A DNA stretch of 64,000 nt from Arenicellales bacterium (GTDB lineage Bacteria; Pseudomonadota; Gammaproteobacteria; Arenicellales; JAHEKD01): NCBI GenBank assembly GCA_028284225.1, contig JANQSD010000004.1, forward strand, positions 14,869 through 78,868, given 5' to 3'. The notes under the pieces are model-generated. The model was given only the letters and a program-made list of their open reading frames with translations, did not search any database and was not told the origin of the DNA. Both the position numbers and the translations under genes were made by a program. This document shows positions 30,914 through 41,067 of this stretch, piece after piece. Numbering within the stretch: position 1 is the stretch's first letter; each line of letters opens with the position of its first letter.

Positions 30914-32917
30914 ATGAAACGAATGTTATTCAATGCAACTCACCAGGAAGAGTTGCGAGTCGCCATCGTCGATGGCCAGGAGTTGCTTGATCTTGATATC
31001 GAAGCAACCGTTAATAATCAACGCAAAGGAAATATCTATAAAGGCCGGGTAACCCGGGTTGAACCCAGCTTAGAAGCCGCTTTTGTTGACTATGGTGCCG
31101 ATCGCCAGGGGTTTTTGCCCCTTAAGGAAGTATCACGTGTCCATTTTCGCAATTACGATTCCTCTACGCCCATTTCTTCAGTCCAGATTAAGGATGTTAT
31201 TGAAGTCGGTCAGGAATTAATTGTCCAGGTCGAAAAAGATGAACGCGGTAACAAAGGCGCTGCACTGAGCACTTTTATTTCTTTGGCAGGTCGATTCCTT
31301 GTTTTAATGCCGGATAACCCTAAAGGCGGCGGTATTTCACGCCGAATCAGCGGTGAAGAGCGACAGGAATTACGCAATATGTTATCTAATCTTGAGATTC
31401 CTGATGGTCATGCGTTGATTGCCAGAACAGCTGGTATCGGCCGTTCACAGGAAGAACTGGACTGGGATCTGGATTTTCTTAGAAAAATCTGGCAAGCCAT
31501 TTCCAATGTTGCAGCACAACGCAAAGCACCTTTTTTGATTTACCAGGAAAATAACCTGGTTGTCAGGGCATTGCGTGACTATTTACGTCCGGAAATTGCT
31601 GAAATCATTATCGATGACCAGGAAATTTTCGAACGTGCGCAACATTTTATGCAAATGATCATGCCGCACAATAGCGGCAAGCTGAAGCACTACTCTGATA
31701 CGATTCCTTTATTTTCCCGATATCAAATTGAACATCAAATTGAAACCGCTTATTCACGCCACGTGACTTTAAAATCCGGCGCACAATTAGTGCTGGATCA
31801 CACTGAAGCCGTGGTTACAATTGATGTTAACTCGGCCAAGGCAACCAGCGGCAGTGACATTGAAGAAACCGCATTGCAAACTAATCTTGAAGCAGTTGAT
31901 GAAATAGCCAAGCAACTGCGTATCCGTGACATTGGCGGATTAATTGTGATCGATTTAATCGATATGCTGAAACCCTCGAACCAGCGTACGGTCGAGCGCA
32001 GGCTCATGGAAGCTTTAAGAGCAGACCGTGCCAGGGTTCAAATTGGACGCATTTCGCGCTTTGGGTTGTTAGAAATGTCGCGCCAACGACTACGCTCAGC
32101 ACTGGGTGAAGCCAACTATATCAAATGCCCTCGTTGCGAAGGTAATGGCATGATTCGCAGTGTTCCGTCGTCGGCCTTAAGTATTTTACGCGTAATAGAA
32201 GAAGAAGCCTTAAAAGAAAACACTGATGCGGTACATGCACATCTTCCACTAGAAACCGCGACTTATTTGTTAAACGAAAAGCGCCATGAGGTAAGCTTGA
32301 TTGAAAAGCGTCTTGCCACTCGCATCGTTTTAATTCCCAATACTGCTCTACAATCCCCTAATTATAAAATTCACCGATTACGCGCAGAAGAAATCAGCAA
32401 AAACAAACTCGACAAGCCCAGTTATAAGCTGGAACCGGAGCAAAATGCTGAAGATGCCAATGGTTATGTGGGTTATCAGCAGCATGTTCAACAGATTTCA
32501 CAATCACAAACCAAGCCATCTGTATCGCTCAATGATATTACTCATGCTCCACCACCACCGGCCTCGAAGCCGGTTGCAGCCAAATCAGGCTTGCTGAGTA
32601 AAATCAAATCATTATTCGGCAGTGACGAAAAAGAAGAAAAGCCTGAACCACAAAAACGACCTGCCAAAAAGCGCACGACCAAAACATCCAGTCGGGGCAA
32701 ACCAAATAATAATGCGGCAGGCTCAAAGCGCTCAAATAATACAGGGCGTGGTGGCCAACGCACCGGTGCCAGACGCGGACCTACCGGGCGCAAAAATACT
32801 CGCAGCACTGCGCGCAAGCAAGGCGGCGGGCAACAACGTCGGGGGGGCTCCAGGAAATCCGGCCCACAACAAAAATCAAACAAATCCAGTAATCAGGTTC
32901 AGGTTAACACCGATTAA
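30914..32917 (+). CDS. rne: Ribonuclease E
   Basis: MKRMLFNATHQEELRVA start (ATG 30914), IDVNS, CPRC; amphipathic GLLSKIKSLFG membrane-targeting segment; Arg-rich tail. Confidence 0.95.
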   Translation: MKRMLFNATHQEELRVAIVDGQELLDLDIEATVNNQRKGNIYKGRVTRVEPSLEAAFVDYGADRQGFLPLKEVSRVHFRNYDSSTPISSVQIKDVIEVGQELIVQVEKDERGNKGAALSTFISLAGRFLVLMPDNPKGGGISRRISGEERQELRNMLSNLEIPDGHALIARTAGIGRSQEELDWDLDFLRKIWQAISNVAAQRKAPFLIYQENNLVVRALRDYLRPEIAEIIIDDQEIFERAQHFMQMIMPHNSGKLKHYSDTIPLFSRYQIEHQIETAYSRHVTLKSGAQLVLDHTEAVVTIDVNSAKATSGSDIEETALQTNLEAVDEIAKQLRIRDIGGLIVIDLIDMLKPSNQRTVERRLMEALRADRARVQIGRISRFGLLEMSRQRLRSALGEANYIKCPRCEGNGMIRSVPSSALSILRVIEEEALKENTDAVHAHLPLETATYLLNEKRHEVSLIEKRLATRIVLIPNTALQSPNYKIHRLRAEEISKNKLDKPSYKLEPEQNAEDANGYVGYQQHVQQISQSQTKPSVSLNDITHAPPPPASKPVAAKSGLLSKIKSLFGSDEKEEKPEPQKRPAKKRTTKTSSRGKPNNNAAGSKRSNNTGRGGQRTGARRGPTGRKNTRSTARKQGGGQQRRGGSRKSGPQQKSNKSSNQVQVNTD

Positions 32918-33030
32918 AGCGCAGCACGAAACCTGTAGTGAATGAATGAAGATTTTTGGAACCCATTCAAATGCCTGCACTCGTTGATGCGTTGTTAAAC
33001 GCTCGACTATTTTGAGATAGATTCTGAAAT

Positions 33031-34341
33031 CTATCGCTCAAAAACAGCGATAGATTCAATGTGCGCGGTGTGTGGAAACATATTTATAATGCCGGCGTGC
33101 GTTAATTGATAGCTTGCCAGATTAGTTAAAACATTGGCATCACGAGCTAACGTTGTGGGATTACACGAAACATAGACAATTTTTTCAGGTTTATAATTAA
33201 CGAATTGCTGACAGACTAGGGCGGCGCCCGAACGGGCCGGGTCCAGTAAAACCTTGTTATACTGATCCGACAACCAAGAAAAATCGGCTTGCTGGTCTGA
33301 TAAATCCTGTTGCTGAAAAGTTACATTGTCTAAGTGATTTTTGTCGGCATTAGCAATAGCCTTATCAACTAGCCGTTTGTCGCCTTCAACCCCTAAAACA
33401 TGTTTGCACTTTTGTGCCAGCGGCAAACTAAAATTCCCCAGACCACAATATAAATCCAAAACCCGATCATCTGCTTGCAAGTTTAGAAAATCCAAGGCCA
33501 TATTAATCAATAATTGATTAGCTTTAGAATTGACCTGAATGAAGTCAGTGGGCGCAAAATAAAACCTGAGATCAAAATCATCCAATTTATAATACAACTC
33601 TTCCGGAACTTTTGGATACAAAGGATGAATTGAATCCAATCCCTTTGGCTGTAAAAAAGCCTGAATCTGGTTAACCTTGGCAAAGCTTTCAATTAAATCC
33701 AAGTCTTTCTGACTCAGTGCTTGCAGATGACGAAAAACCAAACTAATCTGGTTATCCCCTTGAGCAACTTCAATTTGCGGTAATTTTTGCCTTATAGTCA
33801 AACTATTAACCAGTTTGGCTAAACCCGGCAATAAATCTGACAGGGGTTTTGTCAGGGTGAAACATTGATTCAACGGCGTAATAAAGCTACTACCTTTTTC
33901 CCGAAAGCCGACCAGCGCACCGCCCTTTTTTTCAACAAAACGAATACCCAGGCGGGCTTTTCTACGATAATGCAACCAATCGGCAGTTGCCGGTTCAATG
34001 ATCTGGTTTGGTGTTACCCTGCCGATTCGTTCAAGCGCATCGAGTAATGCCTGTTGTTTAGCTTCAAGCTGGCGGATTGGCTCATAATGACGAAATGAAC
34101 ACCCGCCGCAAACACCAAAATACTCGCAATCCGGTTCGACACGGCCATTATCCGAGTTAGCTTCAATAATCTGAGTTAGCTTGGCATGGCCATGCTTACG
34201 CCGACTTCGCTTAACTTCAAACTCAACTGTTTCGCCAGGTAAGGCACCATCAACAAAATAGACTTTACCCTCTACGCGCGTTACACCATGCCCTTCGAGC
34301 GTTAAGGACTCAATTTGTCCTTGTAAAACTGCTCTCATCAA
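33031..34341 (-). CDS. rlmD: 23S rRNA (uracil-1939-C5)-methyltransferase
   Basis: TRAM domain, C..CGGC, FIQVN, DLYCGLGN, YVSCNP and MFPHT motifs. Confidence 0.92.
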   Translation of the reverse strand: MMRAVLQGQIESLTLEGHGVTRVEGKVYFVDGALPGETVEFEVKRSRRKHGHAKLTQIIEANSDNGRVEPDCEYFGVCGGCSFRHYEPIRQLEAKQQALLDALERIGRVTPNQIIEPATADWLHYRRKARLGIRFVEKKGGALVGFREKGSSFITPLNQCFTLTKPLSDLLPGLAKLVNSLTIRQKLPQIEVAQGDNQISLVFRHLQALSQKDLDLIESFAKVNQIQAFLQPKGLDSIHPLYPKVPEELYYKLDDFDLRFYFAPTDFIQVNSKANQLLINMALDFLNLQADDRVLDLYCGLGNFSLPLAQKCKHVLGVEGDKRLVDKAIANADKNHLDNVTFQQQDLSDQQADFSWLSDQYNKVLLDPARSGAALVCQQFVNYKPEKIVYVSCNPTTLARDANVLTNLASYQLTHAGIINMFPHTAHIESIAVFER

Positions 34342-35141
34342 TCTTTTGCCGACAACCAGGTATTTAAAAACTCCTGCAAATGTTCTAATCCTGAAGTCTT
34401 GAGGAAATCCTGAACAATTTCACATTCATGCTGATATTGCTCCCAGTCCAGTTTCCCGGAAATCTTTAACCAGCGTAAATACACCAGATAAGTATTAAGC
34501 ACATCAGTCTCACAATAATCACGAATTTCTTTGATCTTGCCCTGCTGAAAAAATTCCCACACACTGGCCCCGCTCATACCCATCTTGCCGGGAAAGCCCA
34601 ATAATGTGGCCATGACATCTAAAGATGTCACTGCCCTGGCTTGATAGGCGGCTAAAACATCCATTAAATCTGTATGCCGGGCATGAAACCGATTTAAGTA
34701 ATTATTCCATTTGAAATCACGATCATCCTCTCCCGTATCCCAATACCGCGGCGCATCCACACTATGCAACAATGACCTGTAATGTAAAACCGGCAAATCA
34801 AAACCACTACCGTTCCAGCTGACCAGAGTTGGAGTAAATTTCTCAATGCCATCAAAAAAGCGGCTGATAATTTCTTTCTCGTCGGCTTCAACACTGCCTA
34901 ACGACCAGACATTAAATTGTTCTTTTGATCTAAGCACCGCTGAGATCGCAACAATACGATGAAACGGCAAACCTAAAAATTCATTACCGGTTTTTTCCCT
35001 GCGTTTGGTAAACATGATTTCTGCCACATCAGGGTCTGAAATTTCAGGGTTGATTTCGTATAAACGCCGACCAAATTGAATATCGGGCACTGTTTCAATG
35101 TCAAAAACTAGGCAATTCATCTGCGCTCTTCCAGGACTCAA
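34338..35141 (-). CDS. PolB-type 3'-5' exonuclease family protein
   Basis: FDIET, WNGSGFDLP and YCETD motifs. Confidence 0.88.
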   Translation of the reverse strand: MSPGRAQMNCLVFDIETVPDIQFGRRLYEINPEISDPDVAEIMFTKRREKTGNEFLGLPFHRIVAISAVLRSKEQFNVWSLGSVEADEKEIISRFFDGIEKFTPTLVSWNGSGFDLPVLHYRSLLHSVDAPRYWDTGEDDRDFKWNNYLNRFHARHTDLMDVLAAYQARAVTSLDVMATLLGFPGKMGMSGASVWEFFQQGKIKEIRDYCETDVLNTYLVYLRWLKISGKLDWEQYQHECEIVQDFLKTSGLEHLQEFLNTWLSAKD

Positions 35142-35160
35142 GTCGCAGATTCTATCATTT

Positions 35161-35336
35161 AACCCGGATTATGCAGTGGAATTCGTCGTGAGAGAAAAAA
35201 ATGCAATAAGGTGAAGTGCTTCTGCAAGGACAGGACGATGCCATAGCAACTCTGTGGTGAGATCAAATTCCTGAGGAAGTGCTTGAGATTGAAGCAGTTT
35301 TTCTTCGTAACAGATTTCTACTGCGTGATTCGGGTT
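35161..35336. repeat. MITE-like element with imperfect 24-bp terminal inverted repeats
   Basis: AACCCGGATTATGCAGTGGAATTC ... GATTTCTACTGCGTGATTCGGGTT (19/24 match). Confidence 0.6.
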
Positions 35337-35372
35337 TAAAACAAACTATACGCTTAGGGTTTAACTTCTAAA

Positions 35373-36047
35373 TTAAAGCCGCGTATGTAGGCCACATTCC
35401 CTGCCTTCAAAAGATTTGGTCGGATCAAAGTAATTTTTTTCTACTGGAAGATTGTGTTGTTGGATGTAATCGTGAATATCTGCAGCCACCCATTTAAATA
35501 AGGGTGCTATTTTTATAATCCCGGATGATGGAGCGGTTGCAATATTAAGTGTTTGGCGAAATGCTGTTTCTTCGGCCCTTATCCCGGTGATCCAAATATC
35601 TGGCTCTAATTCATTCAAAGCACGATTAAAAGGCTCCAGTTTAACCACTTCAGTAAATTCTTGATGTGCGGGCGTTTCAATTTCAGGAATACCGCTGTGC
35701 TTAACATTCAAAAAAGCTGTAGTTGATTTAGGCGTATAGATCTTGATATTCAGATTTAGACGCTCAATTAATGCCAGTGCAAACTTATATGTGGGATTTG
35801 TGTTGTAACCAGAATCGACCCATATAACCGGTATTTGTGGCATTTGTGCCGTTACCATGTGTAATAAAACTGCCGAGTTCGGACCAAAGCTGGTACTGAC
35901 CACAGGATGAGCCGCTTTTTGTAGAGCCCAGGATGTTATTTCAACTGCACTGCAATCTTCTAGCAATCGGTTAACTTGCTCTAATTCGTGATTAACCAAA
36001 CTCATGGGCACCATTGGTTTTTTATAAAGTACAAATTTATAGCGCAT
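35373..36047 (-). CDS. cysH: PAPS/APS reductase without Fe-S cluster ligands
   Basis: STSFG, WITGIR and C-terminal ECGLH; start may be a downstream Met (36005). Confidence 0.85.
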   Translation of the reverse strand: MRYKFVLYKKPMVPMSLVNHELEQVNRLLEDCSAVEITSWALQKAAHPVVSTSFGPNSAVLLHMVTAQMPQIPVIWVDSGYNTNPTYKFALALIERLNLNIKIYTPKSTTAFLNVKHSGIPEIETPAHQEFTEVVKLEPFNRALNELEPDIWITGIRAEETAFRQTLNIATAPSSGIIKIAPLFKWVAADIHDYIQQHNLPVEKNYFDPTKSFEGRECGLHTRL

Positions 36048-36141
36048 AAATTACCACATTTCAACCAAGTTAACTGAATTTGTTCGTTATTAAATCCTTT
36101 TTTTAGTCATATTTTAATTAATATTTAGGCTTTTAAACGAA

Positions 36142-36170
36142 TTGACATTCATATTCGTTCTTTATATAGT
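36142..36170 (+). promoter_or_regulatory. Sigma70-type promoter of the DUF2849-cysI operon
   Basis: TTGACA-17 nt-TATAGT. Confidence 0.65.
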
Positions 36171-36228
36171 ACGAATTACGACAAAATTATTGTCAATATT
36201 GTTTTTTAATTCAAACAGCAGGTGTGAT

Positions 36229-36531
36229 ATGACGACAAAAGTAATCATGGCCAATGACCTATTAAGTGGTGACGTAATATTTTTAAGTCGTGACTCAAGG
36301 AGCTGGACCAAATTTTTAGACCAGGCCTGGGCAAGCGATTCAGAACAGCTGGTCGAACAAATGCTCGCAGCTGCACAAGATTCCCATATGATCATTGGTG
36401 CCGAAGCCATTGAGGTCGAACACGATCATACAGGGCTTGCGCTTACAGTATTTCGTGAACATTTACGCAGCCGGGGACCGAGCGTTCGAACCGATTTAGG
36501 CAAGCAGGCTGAACTTAAGCAGGCAGCCTAA
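36229..36531 (+). CDS. DUF2849-like protein
   Basis: KVIMANDLLSGDVIFL..FREHLRSRGPSVR; ATG 36229 with AGGTG RBS; upstream of cysI. Confidence 0.75.
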   Translation: MTTKVIMANDLLSGDVIFLSRDSRSWTKFLDQAWASDSEQLVEQMLAAAQDSHMIIGAEAIEVEHDHTGLALTVFREHLRSRGPSVRTDLGKQAELKQAA

Positions 36532-36559
36532 AGCAGCATTTCTTAAAAGTAAAACACTT

Positions 36560-38215
36560 ATGTACCGTTATGATGAATTTGACGCGGAGTTCGTAAAACA
36601 ACGCGTCGACCAATTTCGTGATCAAGTGCAGCGGCGCGTTGCCGGCGAACTGACTGAAGACGAGTTCAAGCCATTGCGACTAATGAACGGCCTGTATTTG
36701 CAACTACATGCGTACATGCTACGCGTCGCAATTCCTTACGGTACCCTTTCAGCTACGCAAATGTATAAACTTGCGGATATAGCTGACAAATATGATAAAG
36801 GCTACGGTCACTTTACTACTCGGCAAAATATTCAATTTAACTGGCCAAAATTAAACGACGTTCCTGATATTTTGGAAGAACTAGCCAGCGTGGAAATGCA
36901 TGCCATACAAACCAGTGGCAACTGTATTCGCAATGTTACAACCGACCAATGGGCCGGTGTTGCCGCAGATGAGATTGAAGACCCCCGCCCTGTGTGCGAA
37001 CTTATTCGCCAATGGTCAACCTTAAATCCCGAATTCGCCTATTTGCCGCGCAAATTTAAAATTGCTGTCACTGGTAGCTCAAACGACAGAGCGGCCGTTA
37101 AGGCCCACGATATTGGCATTATTACCCATAAAAATGAAAACGGGGATATTGGCTATGAAATTTTAATTGGTGGTGGTTTGGGCCGCACTCCTTTCATTGG
37201 TAAAACAGTTAAAAAATTCGTCGGCAAAGACCGGCTACTGGCCTATATTGAAGCTGTTATGAGAGTCTACAACTTGCAAGGCCGTCGTGATAATAAATAC
37301 AAAGCCCGCATCAAGATTTTGACCCATGAAACCGGCATTGAAAAACTAAGTGAGATGATTGAACGTGAATTTGAGCGAATCGACAAAGCCCAGGGCGAGC
37401 TTGAATTAGCAGAATTGAACCGTATTGAAAGTTATTTCGAGCCCCCACAATATTCCAGCGAACAAGACGATTCAACAGCATTACAACAGTCACTGGAAGC
37501 CAATGAGCAGTTTAATTATTGGTACAACACTAATGTTGCCAAACATCAACAGCCTGGTTATGCAATAGTCAATATCTCCTTAAAGCCAATTGAAGGGATA
37601 CCCGGTGATGCTACATCGGCACAAATGCGCCTTGTTGCACAACTTGCTGAACAATTCAGTTTGAGTGAAATCCGTGTCACTCATGAACAGAATTTGGTTC
37701 TGCCTTACGTTAAACAAGCTGATCTGTTTACATTATGGCAACAGCTTGAGCAACATGATCTGGGCAACTCAAACTTGGGATTAATTACTGATATTATCGC
37801 TTGCCCCGGCCTTGACTATTGTGCCCTGGCTACCGCAAGGTCAATTCCTATTGCACAAAAAATAAGCAAAGTATTTGCTGACCGTCGTAAACAGCAAGAT
37901 ATTGGCAAATTGCAAATAAATATCTCCGGTTGTATCAATGCCTGCGGTCATCATCACGTTGGCAACATCGGCATTCTTGGGCTCGACAAAAAGGGTGAAG
38001 AATATTATCAGATCACCTTGGGCGGCAACGCTGATGAAAATGCGGCCATAGGCAAAATTACCGGCCCGGGTTTTTCCAAAGATGAAATTGCCGGGGCTGT
38101 TGAAACGGTGGTTAACACTTATATAGAAAATCGCCAAACAGACGAAAACTTTATTCAGACGCATAGTCGGATTGGCGACGTACCGTTTAAGGAAGCGCTT
38201 TATGGCCCTAATTAA
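36560..38215 (+). CDS. cysI: Sulfite reductase hemoprotein
   Basis: TTRQNIQ, LPRKFK, ACPGLDYC and SGCINACG siroheme/Fe-S motifs. Confidence 0.92.
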   Translation: MYRYDEFDAEFVKQRVDQFRDQVQRRVAGELTEDEFKPLRLMNGLYLQLHAYMLRVAIPYGTLSATQMYKLADIADKYDKGYGHFTTRQNIQFNWPKLNDVPDILEELASVEMHAIQTSGNCIRNVTTDQWAGVAADEIEDPRPVCELIRQWSTLNPEFAYLPRKFKIAVTGSSNDRAAVKAHDIGIITHKNENGDIGYEILIGGGLGRTPFIGKTVKKFVGKDRLLAYIEAVMRVYNLQGRRDNKYKARIKILTHETGIEKLSEMIEREFERIDKAQGELELAELNRIESYFEPPQYSSEQDDSTALQQSLEANEQFNYWYNTNVAKHQQPGYAIVNISLKPIEGIPGDATSAQMRLVAQLAEQFSLSEIRVTHEQNLVLPYVKQADLFTLWQQLEQHDLGNSNLGLITDIIACPGLDYCALATARSIPIAQKISKVFADRRKQQDIGKLQINISGCINACGHHHVGNIGILGLDKKGEEYYQITLGGNADENAAIGKITGPGFSKDEIAGAVETVVNTYIENRQTDENFIQTHSRIGDVPFKEALYGPN

Positions 38216-38699
38216 GGATCATCAGTTTATCGAGGATCGCTGGGTTTATTACGAACCGGATTTAGAACCTAATGACCAAATCCAGGGGGTTATTTTTAAC
38301 CTGCAGAATTTTACTGCTTGCTCTCATAATATTCCCCAGAGCCTGCAACTCGGCATTAAGCTTGCCAATCATGACCCGGCAGCTGCAATCCAGCAATACA
38401 TTAATCAGCTAAAACTTGTAATTCTTCAGTTCCCTGCTTTCGCTGATGGTCGAGCTTACTCGCAAGCACAAAGCCTGCGTCAATTTGGTTTTGACGGCGA
38501 GATCAGAGCAACCGGCAACGTATTGGTTGATCAATACGCTTTTATGTTGCAATGTGGATTTACAAGTTTTGAGATCCCTAATAACACTGATCTTGAGGAG
38601 TGGAAAAACGCAGCCAGAATCATCCCCACTACTTACAGTAGAACCCAGGCAAAGAATTATTCACATATTTGGAATTTGCGTAAAGTGCTGTCGTCTTAG
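38202..38699 (+). CDS. DUF934 family protein
   Basis: FPAFADGRAYSQA..GEIRATGNVLVDQ..CGF; ATG 38202 overlaps the cysI end. Confidence 0.85.
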   Translation: MALIKDHQFIEDRWVYYEPDLEPNDQIQGVIFNLQNFTACSHNIPQSLQLGIKLANHDPAAAIQQYINQLKLVILQFPAFADGRAYSQAQSLRQFGFDGEIRATGNVLVDQYAFMLQCGFTSFEIPNNTDLEEWKNAARIIPTTYSRTQAKNYSHIWNLRKVLSS

Positions 38700-38746
38700 C
38701 TAGCCTGATGAGTTCACAGATAGGACAATAAAAACACTATTCTACC

Positions 38747-38849
38747 GTCGTTGATGAGTATAACGAGGAAGGAACTATTTCAGATAACATGATCATCTAA
38801 GCGTGTAGCAGATTTGAAGGAGATTCTTCGGCTATCGCCTCAGAAAGAC
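38747..38849. repeat. Degenerate palindromic element related to 41630-41775
   Basis: Right arm AGATTCTTCGGC..CCTCAGAAAGAC resembles AGATCCTCACGGC..CCTCAGGATGAC; left arm decayed. Confidence 0.45.
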
Positions 38850-38895
38850 AAACCATGTGATAACGCGTGTACCATTTTTCTCCAAACTTATCAGA

Positions 38896-39888
38896 TTAGC
38901 TTCGCACTCTAAATACCGACAATTTTTTCCTGACTTGATTTATAAAGCTCTGTTTAGCGAATAAAGGGGTGATATTTTTTTGCGATGTTTTGGATAAAAT
39001 ATGTGCAGCCATACCAAAAGATGAGTTTTGCTGATAGATAAGAAAATCCGATTTCGCCAGCAAAAACATTTCAACAGCCGCATCGATTAAGGCTGTTTCC
39101 TGGTCAGGGCAATCGTCATTAAAATGGATTCGTTCGCCAGGTTGTGCAAACCATTTCTTCCGAGTTTTGACTGACCCAGGGAATTGTTGACTAATGACAC
39201 TTTCAACTGAACTATTATCGGTGGCAAGAAAAATCTTATCTGCTGACTGTTTTATGTGTCGCTTAATCGCCTTAGTATATTGATCAATTTGAACGCTGCT
39301 CTTGTGTTGGTCAAACTCTTTTGTTGCCCGTATATGAACGGCAATTACTTTTTCATCAGTTAAAAAATTTTGATCATAAAACTCATTAACTTTGTGCTCG
39401 ATAAATGGGCTCGCTGCAATGTGCTCAGCAGCCAATTGACAGGCAAAACCCAGTGAAGACGGTTGCTTTGAAAGCGTGGTCAACTCGGAAAATTGATCAA
39501 AATCCCACATCACCAACACTTGATTAGGATAATCCAAACGTGACTGATTGAAAGAGAATCGCTTTAAAGCGGCCGCACGATCCCAGCCGTCAGGGTCAAA
39601 TTCTGTATAAAGCGTATGTAACGATTCATTCAATCTGCCTTTCCAGACTAACGGAAAAACATCATCCGATTCAGGGCAATCTTGAACAAATTGAATATTT
39701 TTTAGTTCAAATAATTCGTTAAACACATTTCTGTGTTCTTGCACCAACTTGCCATCAGACCAGTCGATATAAAGTATCCGTCCGGTTAGCTTTGCGTAAG
39801 CTATGCCGCTAAGTACGCATCTGAGTCGATCACCAAGGCCGCCGCCACCAGCGCCTTTGACGATTAAATATTTTTCAGTGCAAGTCAT
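38896..39888 (-). CDS. NodZ / GT23-like fucosyltransferase
   Basis: GLGDRL, AVHIR, IFLATDN and EMFLLA..SSFG fucosyltransferase motifs. Confidence 0.75.
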   Translation of the reverse strand: MTCTEKYLIVKGAGGGGLGDRLRCVLSGIAYAKLTGRILYIDWSDGKLVQEHRNVFNELFELKNIQFVQDCPESDDVFPLVWKGRLNESLHTLYTEFDPDGWDRAAALKRFSFNQSRLDYPNQVLVMWDFDQFSELTTLSKQPSSLGFACQLAAEHIAASPFIEHKVNEFYDQNFLTDEKVIAVHIRATKEFDQHKSSVQIDQYTKAIKRHIKQSADKIFLATDNSSVESVISQQFPGSVKTRKKWFAQPGERIHFNDDCPDQETALIDAAVEMFLLAKSDFLIYQQNSSFGMAAHILSKTSQKNITPLFAKQSFINQVRKKLSVFRVRS

Positions 39889-40004
39889 CTTTAGTATTTT
39901 GTTAGCTCAAACTTAAGGATTACGATACAATGCCGAACCTTACACAAGCGCTTGAATTCAGGCAAATAAATCTTACATAAAAGTAAACTAACTCAGGATT
40001 AAAC

Positions 40005-40400
40005 ATGTCAACTACTGATAACGAAATCACGATGGACGCCAACAACCTTTATCGTGACGAAACAATAACTGATCAACGTGTCGGCACAATTAGAATTCTT
40101 ACACCCATTACAGAACATGGCGAAATCGACAGTAACAGGCAAACCCAATATATCGGTTCTGCACAAATCATGACGCCTGCAGGAGCATTGCCGATTTCAT
40201 TTGATTTAAATGCGGACAACCTCAAAGACGCTGTCCACAATTTTGCTGACGCCTCCAAACAAGCACTTGAGGAAACTGCCAAAGAACTGCGCGAACTGCA
40301 AAGACAAGCAGCCTCATCAATAGTAACACCCGGATCTGACCCAACAGGCATGATTAGCGGTCTGGCAAACAGTGGTGGCGGCAAAATTCAAATGCCTTGA
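40005..40400 (+). CDS. Conserved hypothetical protein
   Basis: 131 aa ORF with AGGA RBS; LYRDETITD..GTIRILTP..TPAGALP. Confidence 0.7.
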   Translation: MSTTDNEITMDANNLYRDETITDQRVGTIRILTPITEHGEIDSNRQTQYIGSAQIMTPAGALPISFDLNADNLKDAVHNFADASKQALEETAKELRELQRQAASSIVTPGSDPTGMISGLANSGGGKIQMP

Positions 40401-41047
40401 GTCTCGACTAAATTTAGTTCATCAACTTTTGGGTACGGCCTATTCTGAGCCGTCAATACTTTGGCGAGCCTTGGATAAGCCCATTCAAATAAAGTTCGAT
40501 CATAGTCAGTCTTATTAATGCGGCATTTTTCATACATGCCGGCCTGCTCACGTTGTGTTTTAGCTGCAAATAAAATCAACGCCGTCGCCACTGACACATT
40601 GAGTGACTCGACCATACCTGACATAGGTATACGTACAGTTTGGTCAGCCAGGTTAATCGCCGATGTACTCAAGCCTTCCAATTCCTCCCCCATCAGCAGT
40701 GCCGTAGGCCTGGTATAGTCTAATTCACGGAAATCGAGGGCCTTATCATCGACATGTACGGCAACAATCTGGTGACCGCTGGTTTTAAGCCCATTTACTG
40801 CCTGGCATAAACTTGAATGTAAATTTAATTTGACCCACTTGCTGCTACCGCTGGCAGCATTATGTTGCAGCCGAATACGTTCATGCCGACTGATTGCATG
40901 CGCTTCTAATACGCCAACAGCGTCACAAGATCGTATAATCGCCGCCAGATTATGGGCTTTATTGACATTATCCATAATGACAGTCAGGTCTGGTTGGCGC
41001 TTGTCCAATACAGAGATTAGACGATTGTATCGTTGCAATAACATCAA
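40388..41047 (-). CDS. trmH: tRNA (guanosine-18-2'-O)-methyltransferase
   Basis: RQPDLTV..HNLAAIIRSCDA and IPMSGMVESLNVSVA SPOUT motifs. Confidence 0.92.
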   Translation of the reverse strand: MMLLQRYNRLISVLDKRQPDLTVIMDNVNKAHNLAAIIRSCDAVGVLEAHAISRHERIRLQHNAASGSSKWVKLNLHSSLCQAVNGLKTSGHQIVAVHVDDKALDFRELDYTRPTALLMGEELEGLSTSAINLADQTVRIPMSGMVESLNVSVATALILFAAKTQREQAGMYEKCRINKTDYDRTLFEWAYPRLAKVLTAQNRPYPKVDELNLVETQGI

Positions 41048-41067
41048 GGCATGTTAACAGTTATCAA

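Noticed and set aside
30778-30990. Possible leader peptide upstream of rne
   Set aside because: TTG start, no clear RBS, overlaps rne out of frame; no supporting motif
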